A DNA stretch of 64,000 nucleotides from an uncultured delta proteobacterium (lineage in GTDB: Bacteria > Desulfobacterota > Binatia > UBA9968). The notes under the pieces were generated by a model. The model made no database searches. It was not told where the DNA came from and saw nothing but the letters and a program-made list of their open reading frames with translations. The position numbers and the translations under genes are program-made. The stretch covers positions 1 to 64,000 of the forward strand of contig CAVSHR010000004.1 of the NCBI GenBank assembly GCA_963727625.1, in the 5' to 3' direction. Below are positions 1 through 8,688 of the stretch, piece after piece (position 1 is the first letter of the stretch; each line of letters opens with the position of its first letter).

Positions 1-185
1 TGATAATGATCATCCATGAGACAGTAGGCGTGACAGATCCAACGAAATCGCTCGGTGACTTGGGAAAGCGCCGCGAAAAACAATTCTCGGTCGGCATTAT
101 CTTTAAAGATCGCCTTTCGCTCGGTGCCCCCGGAAGTGACGTGGTATAACGCTCCGTCGTATTCGATCCGTAATGGGCGAGCCAT
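1..185 (-). mobile_element. REP-associated tyrosine transposase (RAYT, Y1/HUH), N-terminal part; runs off the window edge
   Basis: Manual translation from ATG at 185: MARPLRIEYDGALYHVTSGGTERKAIFKDNADRELFF...WICHAYCLMDDHY(H). This is a typical RAYT N-terminus ending at the HUH motif. Not in the ORF track. Confidence 0.85.
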
Positions 186-338
186 GGCCGCCAAACTTAG
201 GAGAGCCGATGCAAATTGTCAAGAGTAAAGACCTGACCCTCGGGGGCTTGCTGGTTAAGTGAATCCCATCTCAAAGCGATTGAGCGCGAGCTGAAACGGG
301 GTGCGCAAGCACTGGGGTACGAAACCGATCTATGGACG

Positions 339-545
339 TTGGCCCGTGTGGCCGATCTGATCGAGCAGCGCTGTGGAGTTCGATTCACCGTGGGGCATAT
401 CTGGTGGTTGCTCGGAAAACTCGGCTGGAGTTGCCAGCGGCCCACGGGTCGAGCGCTGCAAAGAGATGAGACTTCAATAGAACGCTGGAAGAAAAAGCGC
501 TGGCCGAAGCTTAAAAAAAAGCCCAGCGGGAGGGGCGCACTATAG
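339..545 (+). CDS. IS630 transposase orfA remnant (winged helix-turn-helix)
   Basis: WT..RVADLIEQRCGVRF..GHIWWLLGKLGWSCQRP motif typical of IS630 N-terminal HTH region. Confidence 0.75.
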   Translation: MARVADLIEQRCGVRFTVGHIWWLLGKLGWSCQRPTGRALQRDETSIERWKKKRWPKLKKKPSGRGAL

Positions 546-1051
546 TGTTCATTGATGAGAGCGGACTGAGCCAGCGTCCGCACCGTTGCAGGACATGGTC
601 GCCGCGGGGACAGACTCCGGTGCTGCAATACTCCTTTAACTGGAAAACGCTTTCGGCCATGGCTGGGGTAACCTGGTGGAATTTTTACTTTCGGCTGTAT
701 CCGGGCAGCATCCGTAGTGCACAGGTCGTTCAGTTTCTCTCTCATCTGATGCGTCACATCCCCAGGGATATGCTGGTGATCTGGGATGGGCTCAAAACCC
801 ATCGCAGCCGATTGGTCAAAGGTTTTGTTGGTCGCCAAAACGGGCGCATTGAACTTGAGTATTTGCCGGCCTATGCGCCGGAGCTCAATCCGGTGGAATA
901 CTTGTGGGGACACTGGAAACACCATGAGCTTCCCAACTTCTGTCCCAAGACCTTTGCGGAGCTCAGCTATCATGCGGTTCGGGCTCTCAAGCGCATGCGT
1001 CGCCGCCCAAGACTGATCACGGCTTTCTGGAAACAAGCGGAATTGTTTTGA
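545..1051 (+). CDS. IS630 transposase orfB (DDE catalytic domain)
   Basis: FIDESG, WDG..H, LPAYAPELNPVEYLW motifs. Confidence 0.9.
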   Translation: MFIDESGLSQRPHRCRTWSPRGQTPVLQYSFNWKTLSAMAGVTWWNFYFRLYPGSIRSAQVVQFLSHLMRHIPRDMLVIWDGLKTHRSRLVKGFVGRQNGRIELEYLPAYAPELNPVEYLWGHWKHHELPNFCPKTFAELSYHAVRALKRMRRRPRLITAFWKQAELF

Positions 1052-1123
1052 CGAAATTCTAGTCACTATATTTTAATAAGCTCAATAGTTGCCGCGTGCG
1101 GCTTTCGTCACTTATTGTATTAT

Positions 1124-1322
1124 CCCGAATTCCGCAGTTTGCTACGAAATATTGCGATCGATAAAGAAATAGATTGTAAATTGCACCTTTGGGCAAAGTA
1201 ACATCATGAGAGATTCACCGATTTCAACTGCGGCGCAGTTAGAATCGTAAGGCACAAGTTGTTGAATAATAGCCGCAATTTTAGTTCGAACTTTTCGCGG
1301 AATTTCTACTGCGGAATTTGGG
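1124..1322. mobile_element. 199-bp MITE (non-autonomous element, possibly IS1634-like ends)
   Basis: TIRs CCCGAATTCCGCAGT (1124-1138) and ACTGCGGAATTTGGG (1308-1322) match 14/15. Both flanks carry the direct repeat ATTAT (1119-1123, 1323-1327). No internal ORF. Confidence 0.75.
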
Positions 1323-1323
1323 A

Positions 1324-2538
1324 TTATTCTTTCACTAAGGTTTGTATAATTTCCTCGATGCCGATCGGATAATAATTGATATCGTCGTCAAACACGGCTC
1401 TGGGGAAGAAAACGGAATATCGGGCTCGGATATCATTGGCCGTGATTAATTGCTTGGTGCTAATTTCATTTGGCATTGCTACGGATGACGATGGTTTACT
1501 TTTAGTGTTTTTTAGAGCTTGCCGACGCTGAGCCTCACTTGGGTCCCAGAGCGCAAGTCGTACTCGTAGGGCTCTTTGTTTCCGGGAGTGATACGCGCGC
1601 AGCAACAACGCACGGATTGCAATATCTTCCATTGGCAGCGAGTATCCGATGAAAATCCATTCGTGTGATAGGCGCAGATCTTCCAAAGCCGCGTTCCAAA
1701 TTGAGAGTAGATGAGGTTCTCTAATGTTGCGAACGAGTGATGGTGTCACAAGTACACTGCGTAGGACACCGCCACAGTGACACGTATTGTAAGGTGTCGC
1801 CTTGGTCCAGAACTCGAGCGTTGCGATACGCTGTCTGTCGTTTACATAGAGTGTTCCACATACCTCACAACGTAGCCAGTTTAAAGAGCCATGAAGTTTG
1901 AAGACAGCAAGCGAAGATATTCGAGGGCGGTGATAATCTAAACCAGAAACAGGGTCACGAACCGTGGTACCCATATCAATCAATTTCAGCGGGTGTCGGC
2001 TTCTACGAGTAAATGCGCGGTACAGTGGAAGTTCGTATGCAACGTCGTAGTTCGTGGATACAAGAGTGATTCGTTCGCTGGTTTTCGCGGTCGTGAGGAC
2101 CCATCGGACAAAGTCGCTAACCAGTTTTCGGTTTTTAGACCCGCGTAATACGCCATTTATCGCTATGCTGAGGAGATGTTTGGCCCTACGAAGCTGCGGC
2201 TCCCTGTAGTTTGAAGCGGATGAGCGACCTTCAGCAATTAGCTGATCGACAATTGAAAGAATGTCAATGACGGAGGCTCCGGCCAACCTCTTACGGCCGA
2301 GTCCCGGCAATATTTGGCGGTAAAGCCCTCTCAGTTCTGGCGTGAACTTTGGGTCTCGTTTATCAGCTTTTACCCTCCAATTTGGTTGCCCCTTGGCAGA
2401 CTTGTTTGCCGAAACGGCTTGCCAAATCCTTTTAAGAATGTCGTCTGTTACGGGGTAGCCGAGCGGGGCTGTTGCGCCGGCACCAAGAAAAACGGTAACA
2501 CGCTTGTTAGTTCGCATGGTTTGTTTTGCTTCTTTCAA
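1324..2538 (-). CDS. SIR2-family (SIR2_2-like) NAD-binding protein with Zn-ribbon insert
   Basis: VFLGAGA..LGYP, STNYD, KLHGSLNW, CEVC...CHC, FIGYSLP..D motifs. Confidence 0.85.
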   Translation of the reverse strand: MKEAKQTMRTNKRVTVFLGAGATAPLGYPVTDDILKRIWQAVSANKSAKGQPNWRVKADKRDPKFTPELRGLYRQILPGLGRKRLAGASVIDILSIVDQLIAEGRSSASNYREPQLRRAKHLLSIAINGVLRGSKNRKLVSDFVRWVLTTAKTSERITLVSTNYDVAYELPLYRAFTRRSRHPLKLIDMGTTVRDPVSGLDYHRPRISSLAVFKLHGSLNWLRCEVCGTLYVNDRQRIATLEFWTKATPYNTCHCGGVLRSVLVTPSLVRNIREPHLLSIWNAALEDLRLSHEWIFIGYSLPMEDIAIRALLLRAYHSRKQRALRVRLALWDPSEAQRRQALKNTKSKPSSSVAMPNEISTKQLITANDIRARYSVFFPRAVFDDDINYYPIGIEEIIQTLVKE

Positions 2539-2623
2539 ATTTGGAGACTATTTCTAAATTGTTGTGATAATTATGCAAACGTGTGATCGATTAGATTGGT
2601 TTTTATACATTGGAAAAAATATC

Positions 2624-3430
2624 CTAAGAAAGTTTCGAATGATCCAGTACAGGCCAGGTGTTCGGACCGACAATACCGTCGGGCACAAGCCCATGTGCGG
2701 CTTGAAAGGCCCGCACCGCAGCTTCGGTTTTAGCTCCGAATTGTCCGTCTACGCTAACGCCGATTGTTGCTTGGATTTCATTCGCTAGCTCGCCGGTGGC
2801 TCCACGACGGAGAGTAGGCCGGCCGCGAGAATTAGTAGGATCGTTTGGGCGTTCAAAAGCCGGAATTAATACAGGCGCTGGCGCTGTTCCATTTATGATC
2901 GCGTTAACCGCAGATCGGAAATCATTCATATCGAAGGTAGGATCGGGTTTGCGGCCTGGTGGCAAGGCATATTCTTTGTGTCCAGCACAAAATTCGGCTC
3001 CACGATTAACGTGTTTTAATATGGCCGCAACGCCACGTTGGTAAGCATTAATTTGGACTGTAGGCCAGCGTGAGTCGTTTGATAGTCCGGTATTCTCCGC
3101 TTCTATGCCTATAAAATTTGAGTTGCCGGTTCTCAGACCTTGCCAAATCCCGTCTCCCGCATGGTTCGCTCTACCGGCGGCGATCACAAAGTAAGTTCCA
3201 TCCCGGCCTAGACCGAGTTGTGCCAGCGGGCCCGATAGATCTGGGCGACCGTTAATGAGGGTATTAAGGCTGGGCATATTCCCAGCCTTTGGGCCCGCAG
3301 TGTGATGACAGATGACCCCGAAAATTTGACCAGCGTCGCCGCGGCCGCGGTTTTCCCAATCATCAACCAATGAAACCTTTAGACCCGCATTCATCAGCAC
3401 GTCCGGCAACCAGGTTAGGGAAAGTGCCAT
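2624..3430 (-). CDS. N-acetylmuramoyl-L-alanine amidase (Amidase_2) with C-terminal peptidoglycan-binding domain
   Basis: VICHHTAG, ANHAG, IGIEAEN, GHKEYA..RKPDP. C-terminal TLRRG...DGQFGAKTEAAVRAFQ...DGIVGPNTW (PG_binding_1). No signal peptide. Confidence 0.9.
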   Translation of the reverse strand: MALSLTWLPDVLMNAGLKVSLVDDWENRGRGDAGQIFGVICHHTAGPKAGNMPSLNTLINGRPDLSGPLAQLGLGRDGTYFVIAAGRANHAGDGIWQGLRTGNSNFIGIEAENTGLSNDSRWPTVQINAYQRGVAAILKHVNRGAEFCAGHKEYALPPGRKPDPTFDMNDFRSAVNAIINGTAPAPVLIPAFERPNDPTNSRGRPTLRRGATGELANEIQATIGVSVDGQFGAKTEAAVRAFQAAHGLVPDGIVGPNTWPVLDHSKLS

Positions 3431-3431
3431 A

Positions 3432-4436
3432 TTACGCCACTCCTCCTACCGTGGGTGGTAGTTCCTCATCCGATGTGACTGACTGAATCGGAACATCGCA
3501 TCCATCAATGTTGCTCTCAGCGTCGCTAGATTCTGGTTTGGCAGCATCCTGTGTTGCAGCAGTAATTGTCATCTTTACTGAACTGGAAGTGCCTCCTCCG
3601 GGCGCGGGATTGAATACCGTCACTGTAATCTCCCCCTCGGTTGTGACATCCTCTGACGTAAGCTTGGCGGTCAACTGAGATGCATCGGTAAATGTTGTTT
3701 CACGGCTAACGCCATTGATCAGTATCACTGCTCCTTTCACGAATCCTGCACCTTTCACACTCACAGCCACGTCTTTAGTTCCGGCTTTAATAGTATGGGG
3801 TTCAAGATCAATAATACTTGGTACCGGGTTGGACAGACTGTCCTTTCGTTTGGAATCTCCCTCATTGGGAGCTGTCCTGAACAGAGTATTGAAAACTTCG
3901 TTTAGCTTGTCGGTAGCTTGCTTCGAGAACATCCCGACGAGCCCAGCTAAGGCCGCAATACCGAAGGGGTTGATGTTGCCCGCCTCGGTCCCCGCAGAAA
4001 GAAAACCACCACGAATGGCAACGTAGAAGATGGCCGCTAAAGCCATGCCAATGAATGGTCGTAATATATACCACCACAACCAGTTAGAATTGAATTTCTC
4101 ATTGCCGACATAATCGCCAAACGAGGTTGCGGCATGGATAAAACTCCCCAAACCTCCCGCCGCCAACACCATTAACAAAAGTCTTTGGTCGAGTGTAACT
4201 CCGTCTAGCAAGTCCAAAAAAGGTATAACTTGCTTAGCGTCGCCTTTTGCTTCTGGATTTAACCCAGAAGGCCATAGTGCCAAGAACAAATACGCCAGTA
4301 AAATACCGAAAGCTACTAAGCTCCACCCCATGAGCGCAGTCTGTTTAGCACTCGCAATTTTGGCTGTTTGTTGCGATGTCGGCTGGTCGTTCATTCTTCC
4401 GTTGCTGACAGTTGGGTTGGTCTCATCTTCTGCCAT
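3432..4436 (-). CDS. Multi-pass membrane protein with C-terminal IPT/TIG (Ig-like) domain
   Basis: About 4 hydrophobic segments (GGLGSFIH...WYILRPFIG...AGLVGMFSKQATDKL), then NPVPSIIDLEP..VKGAGF...ITVTVFNPAPGGGTS Ig-like repeat. Confidence 0.75.
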   Translation of the reverse strand: MAEDETNPTVSNGRMNDQPTSQQTAKIASAKQTALMGWSLVAFGILLAYLFLALWPSGLNPEAKGDAKQVIPFLDLLDGVTLDQRLLLMVLAAGGLGSFIHAATSFGDYVGNEKFNSNWLWWYILRPFIGMALAAIFYVAIRGGFLSAGTEAGNINPFGIAALAGLVGMFSKQATDKLNEVFNTLFRTAPNEGDSKRKDSLSNPVPSIIDLEPHTIKAGTKDVAVSVKGAGFVKGAVILINGVSRETTFTDASQLTAKLTSEDVTTEGEITVTVFNPAPGGGTSSSVKMTITAATQDAAKPESSDAESNIDGCDVPIQSVTSDEELPPTVGGVA

Positions 4437-4649
4437 AGTGGTTCTCCTTAAAAATGTACCGCGAAGCGCTAGTGATCGAAATTATTGTTTTTGTTAGTTT
4501 TCCGAGCGTTGACATTACCCAGAAAATCGACCACCAAGATATTCTTCAGAAAATCAGGGGACACATTGTCAAGTGTTATCCGGTGGATGGTTCGGAAATA
4601 TGTATTATGTCCCGGGAATTCCACGGCCCCGGAATTCGCCCAGCTCGGG

Positions 4650-4796
4650 TCAGTCGAAATGGGCGGTAACGTCCCAGGTTTGCTCTATGTTGTTCTTCAC
4701 TGCACGAATCTCTTTAGCGCCGTCGTTTGAGAAGCTCTGGACGACGGTGCCCAAGCGCTCTCCCGGTACGTCCTTCAGCTTTTCTTCTCTTGCCAT
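4650..4796 (-). CDS. 48-aa microprotein of unknown function
   Basis: Manual translation MAREEKLKDVPGERLGTVVQSFSNDGAKEIRAVKNNIEQTWDVTAHFD*. Strong RBS AAGGAGGT upstream, co-oriented inside the gene cluster, below the ORF-track cutoff. Confidence 0.7.
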   Translation of the reverse strand: MAREEKLKDVPGERLGTVVQSFSNDGAKEIRAVKNNIEQTWDVTAHFD

Positions 4797-4819
4797 GGCT
4801 ACACCTCCTTAATTCACAT

Positions 4820-6163
4820 TTAAGGGATTGAGAGTGCGTCAATGGCTCGCTGCCTCTCGTTAGTGTACTCTCTACCGTAGATGAGAGTTGTTGAGGAGAT
4901 GTTGAGGCCGTTGCTCGCTATCCACTTGTTTAGACGACGGCGTAGAGTGAGATCGGTGCTGAGCGCTTGTTCGATTCGTGCCGTTGCGGCATCCGCCGTA
5001 AAAGTTGCCGTTAGCATTTTTGAAATGACATTCGAAAGAAGTGCGATGCAAAGTTCGCGAACTTGCGCGTAGCCCTCTTTCTGGCCACTATCCCAGTTAT
5101 TATAGTTTCGTGGAATATACGTCAGTAAGTCCATGCAGGAGTCGTGCGTATATTCTTTCGAAAGCACAGTTTGTACGATGCCCTGAACTGCGCTAGCGAT
5201 TGACTCCGTCGCCTCTTTGCTCAGTTCCTTGCGCTGCGCTATTGAAGAATTGAATTGACCTGCTCCGGCGGTATTGGCAATAGCGGAAGTCAGAGCTGAG
5301 TCTTTGATGTTTTCTATGGTCTCGCGGGTCTTCTTCGCTTCGGCAAGGAGCGCCTCGTTAGTTTTTACCTGGTTCTCTGCAGCAGCTAGATCGTTTTTTA
5401 AACGGTTCAAATCGTTTTTCTTATTGTCGGCATCAGCTTTCAGTTTTGCGCGATCCTCATCGGTGCCGGTCGAATTCGCTACTGCTTGCTTGTAAGTCGT
5501 ATCAGCAGCCGTCCATTCCACACGTTTGTCGTCCGCGGCTTTCTTGGCCGCATCGCGTTGCTTTTTAGCGTCCTCAAGACCTTTTGCTTTTGCTTCTTCG
5601 TCCTTGCGTGCGGCGTCTAGAAGTTGTTGGTTCGACAGGAGGCTTGCAGAGGCCCCGGCGCCTGCGGTGTTGGTCAGAATAACCTGATTAGCGGCAATTG
5701 CGCCGGTTAGTTGCTCGACTGCGAGGATGCCGGCTGTGAGGTCCTGGCTTCGGCGTAGGAGGGTTGCGACTTGTATCGGACCGATAGCGCCGTTCAAATA
5801 GGACTCGCAGGTTCGGTAGAGGGCATCGCGCATCAACGTGATTGACTGAGTGCGGAGACCGATACTGCCGGCAGAACTGGACAGAGCTTGGGCTAGTGAG
5901 CCTGCTCCTTGACCGGGGACGCTGATACCCAATCCTAAAGCCGATGCGTAAGCTGCAAGGGCGTCGGGACTAGGTTCAGCACAAAAATCTCCTATTGCTT
6001 TCACCATGACTAGACGTTGCTGCGCGTCGAGATGGATGGCGACGCCGTGGTGGCTTGTGGACTGCGGGAGCCAAGTGCGTCTTTCTATTGTTTGCAGGTT
6101 TGCGCAACCAATTAGGTTGAATACACAAATTGTTAAGATCAGAATTGAGAGCTTGCAAACCAT
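4820..6163 (-). CDS. Predicted lipoprotein with central coiled coil
   Basis: Start at ATG 6163 (GGAGG upstream), lipobox LIGC, CAEPSPDA...RDALYRTCE motif, long Ala/Lys/Glu-rich heptad region. Confidence 0.7.
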   Translation of the reverse strand: MVCKLSILILTICVFNLIGCANLQTIERRTWLPQSTSHHGVAIHLDAQQRLVMVKAIGDFCAEPSPDALAAYASALGLGISVPGQGAGSLAQALSSSAGSIGLRTQSITLMRDALYRTCESYLNGAIGPIQVATLLRRSQDLTAGILAVEQLTGAIAANQVILTNTAGAGASASLLSNQQLLDAARKDEEAKAKGLEDAKKQRDAAKKAADDKRVEWTAADTTYKQAVANSTGTDEDRAKLKADADNKKNDLNRLKNDLAAAENQVKTNEALLAEAKKTRETIENIKDSALTSAIANTAGAGQFNSSIAQRKELSKEATESIASAVQGIVQTVLSKEYTHDSCMDLLTYIPRNYNNWDSGQKEGYAQVRELCIALLSNVISKMLTATFTADAATARIEQALSTDLTLRRRLNKWIASNGLNISSTTLIYGREYTNERQRAIDALSIP

Positions 6164-6302
6164 ATGGACCATCCTCCAGTTAATTACGTCAGCAACTGTA
6201 GTGGTTCGATGCAACACATTTTTTATTGTTACACAGCATGTTTCAGCGGGTTTTGTGCCTGTTGTCTAAGGACGGAATGAAGCAATCCGTCGCGTTTAGC
6301 CC

Positions 6303-7178
6303 TCAAAACTGCCCCGTATTCACCCAATCTGCGGAAATGAGCGTCCACCAGTCTTCTGCCAAATCCTGAGTGACGTACTTGTAAGACATCCAACCGTAGC
6401 CCGCGTTGCCCCAGGTTGTCCCCCATGAATTGCGGACGAGTAGGGCGCCGCGGTCGGTACCGATCATGAGATTGTCGTCATAACCGGCGGCGACGATGGC
6501 GTGGCCGCCGCGGTAGTGGCTGTTCGGAGCGGGGAACGCGATTAGGCCGCCGGGAAGGGGGTTGTCGAACTCGCTATACACGGGAAAACCGAACATGCTT
6601 GGGAAGCCGTGGGCGAGATACGTTTTGATACTCGCGAGAACTTGTGTGGGCGAGGTTCCGGCTGAGTCGAGGCGGAAGTATTTTATGGCCTTGTAGTTCG
6701 CGCCGAAGGCATAACAGAATGCGGGAGGCTCGACATCGTAATGGGTGTTGGTGTTGTACGGGCTCCCGTCGTATGGCCAATATTTTTCCGGCGGGGCGCC
6801 AAAAAGGACCAAGGCTTCCATTGCCGTGCGCAAGTAGGCGCCCGTGTCGCCCGTCCAGTTGAGAAGATTTCGCTCGGTCTTGTAGAGGAATAAGCGCGAT
6901 GCGTCGATGTGGCCGCCCTTGCTGCGTCGCTCGAAGTATTCAAGAAGGCCGACGGCGGCATTTGCCGTGCACGAGCCCAGGGAGCCTTGATCTTCGATGG
7001 GAGAGAACCAGTTGCGCAAGTCAACTTGTGAGGGTGGTACTGCTGGTGGTTGTGCGGGCGTCAAGCGTGGAGCAAGTCGTGTTCGATTCAATAAAGGGGC
7101 AACTTCAGGATGATTCTCTGTATAATCACTTGGCTTGGGCACATCAGGCAACCAGCCGAGGCCGCGAAGTTCTTCCAT
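6303..7178 (-). CDS. Papain-like cysteine protease (peptidase C1A, xylellain-like)
   Basis: DQGSLGSCTANA (Gln/Cys), GGHAIV (His), RNSWG (Asn). Start MEELRGLGWLPD with AGGAGA RBS. No signal peptide. Confidence 0.92.
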   Translation of the reverse strand: MEELRGLGWLPDVPKPSDYTENHPEVAPLLNRTRLAPRLTPAQPPAVPPSQVDLRNWFSPIEDQGSLGSCTANAAVGLLEYFERRSKGGHIDASRLFLYKTERNLLNWTGDTGAYLRTAMEALVLFGAPPEKYWPYDGSPYNTNTHYDVEPPAFCYAFGANYKAIKYFRLDSAGTSPTQVLASIKTYLAHGFPSMFGFPVYSEFDNPLPGGLIAFPAPNSHYRGGHAIVAAGYDDNLMIGTDRGALLVRNSWGTTWGNAGYGWMSYKYVTQDLAEDWWTLISADWVNTGQF

Positions 7179-7346
7179 CGGATTCTCCTTTCCGAATTGA
7201 GTAAACCAGCGATCAGTCACCAAAGTACTACACAAAAATCTGACGCCCTATTGCAGCCTCAATTAGTTTCTCCGGCTGAGACTGCTTGCTCTGCTGCGTC
7301 GCGGTTCTAAATAGCGCGTAGCTCGACAGCTGTCCAATATAAAATT

Positions 7347-7382
7347 CCTATATCAGTGATATAGGTTTTTCTTATATCACTG
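7347..7382. promoter_or_regulatory. Palindromic operator, probable LysR-type binding site between divergent genes
   Basis: Perfect dyad CCTATATCA-G-TGATATAGG (7347-7365), overlapped by a second dyad CAGTGATATA...TATATCACTG. Contains T-N11-A. Confidence 0.55.
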
Positions 7383-7777
7383 GGGTCTTTTTGAGGCTTG
7401 GGTTGGTAAACTGGTGACCGGCCGCAATCAGGGGAAATTGTCACGCAGGCTGGCTCTTTCTTACAATCCCCGGAGCTTGCAGACGCCGCCGATGCGGCAT
7501 ATAGCGTTGCGACAACCAGTGTTGACGGTCAGGCAACCAACGGTTACACAACGTTTCCAAGTGGCGACTTGTCAGAGATCGTACGGCCACGCGTCGAGTG
7601 AATTTTATCAACGAATTGCGGACGTGCACCTTATTGACAGCTTTCCTTGGGTTGGCGCGGTTTTTGATTACTAGTCCGGTGGATTCGAAGCAGCTATTCC
7701 ATGGAACGAGTGAATTGAGGCGTGGGGCTCGACATCGCGTTGGCCGCGTAACTGCGGTGACAACCGGGAGGTTAGGC

Positions 7778-8683
7778 ATGACGCTTAGTCAATATTCCTT
7801 TTTCGCGACGGTGGCCAAGCATCAGAGCGTCACCAAGGCTTCGGAAGAGTTGCGGATCAGCCAGCCGTCCATATCGCAGCAACTGAGGCAGTTGGAAAAC
7901 CGGCATGGTTTTAAGCTCTACCGCCGCTTGAGCCGGGGGATCGAAATCACCGAGCGAGGGCAGGCGTTGCTGCGTGACATCACGCCGATCCTCGAGCAAG
8001 TCTCCAAACTGGAGAGCGGTTTTAGCGCGCGACAGCGCAAGCTTGTTCCTCAGGTTTTAAAAGTCGGAGGGACATACAGCGTGTCGGCGGAGCTGCTGCC
8101 CGCGGCGTTGGCGCGTTTACAGCAGCATAATCCTGAAGCCGAGCTTGAGTGTCGGACCGGAAGATCGGAGCAGTTGGAACGGATGGTGCTGGCCTCGGTA
8201 ATGGACTTGGCGGTGATCGCCCAGAAAGCATCCTCGGAAGCATTGGTTTCCGAACCGTTGGCCCGCGAGAAGGTCGTATTGTTCGTGCGGGCCGATCACC
8301 GGTTTGCGAAAATGACTAGAATGAATCCCACGGACTTGGACGGTGAACATTTTATTGTTCGCGGCGGCAGGGGAATTTCGGGGGTTACGGAAAGCGCGGT
8401 GAAACAGTTGCTGGATCGAGGTTTGGAAATAAAAGTCGGCTTGCGCTGCGATAGTCCCGCGGCGGTCATGGCTGCCGTGCGCCACGGAATGGGTGTGGGG
8501 GTTGCGTTCGAGAATACCGTCAAGGCGGAAGTGAGCAGAGGCGAGTTCGCGATTCTTAAAGTTGCCGGTTTAAAGCTGACCGGGGAGACATTCATCGTCT
8601 ATGCGAAAAAACCGCCGTTATCGCCCTTGGCGCAGGAGTTTCTCAGCCTGCTGCGGGAGGAGCGGCGGAATTCTAAAACATAA
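7778..8683 (+). CDS. LysR-family transcriptional regulator
   Basis: MTLSQYSFFATVAKHQSVTKASEELRISQPSISQQLRQLE HTH plus substrate-binding domain. GGGAGG RBS before ATG 7778. Confidence 0.93.
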   Translation: MTLSQYSFFATVAKHQSVTKASEELRISQPSISQQLRQLENRHGFKLYRRLSRGIEITERGQALLRDITPILEQVSKLESGFSARQRKLVPQVLKVGGTYSVSAELLPAALARLQQHNPEAELECRTGRSEQLERMVLASVMDLAVIAQKASSEALVSEPLAREKVVLFVRADHRFAKMTRMNPTDLDGEHFIVRGGRGISGVTESAVKQLLDRGLEIKVGLRCDSPAAVMAAVRHGMGVGVAFENTVKAEVSRGEFAILKVAGLKLTGETFIVYAKKPPLSPLAQEFLSLLREERRNSKT

Positions 8684-8688
8684 TAGCC

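Larger units (their letters stand above)
255..1087 (+). mobile_element. IS630-family insertion sequence, 5'-truncated (orfA HTH + orfB DDE joined by -1 frameshift)
   Basis: orfA frame (LSESHLKAIERELKRG...WTLARVADLIEQRCGVRF...LGWSCQRP) has no proper start. orfB 545-1051 has DDE motifs FIDESG / IWDG / PAYAPELNPVE. A8G run at 513-521. The putative right end finishes in TA at 1086-1087. Confidence 0.85.

Noticed and set aside
143-203. attC-like site (TAAC...TTAGG)
   Set aside because: Mostly lies within the RAYT coding sequence and lacks proper R'/R'' complementarity.
197-1066. 289-aa minus-strand ORF
   Set aside because: Antisense shadow of the IS630 transposase; no recognisable motifs.
7598-7777. 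N-terminal extension of LysR in the ORF track
   Set aside because: The HTH and RBS indicate a true start at 7778.
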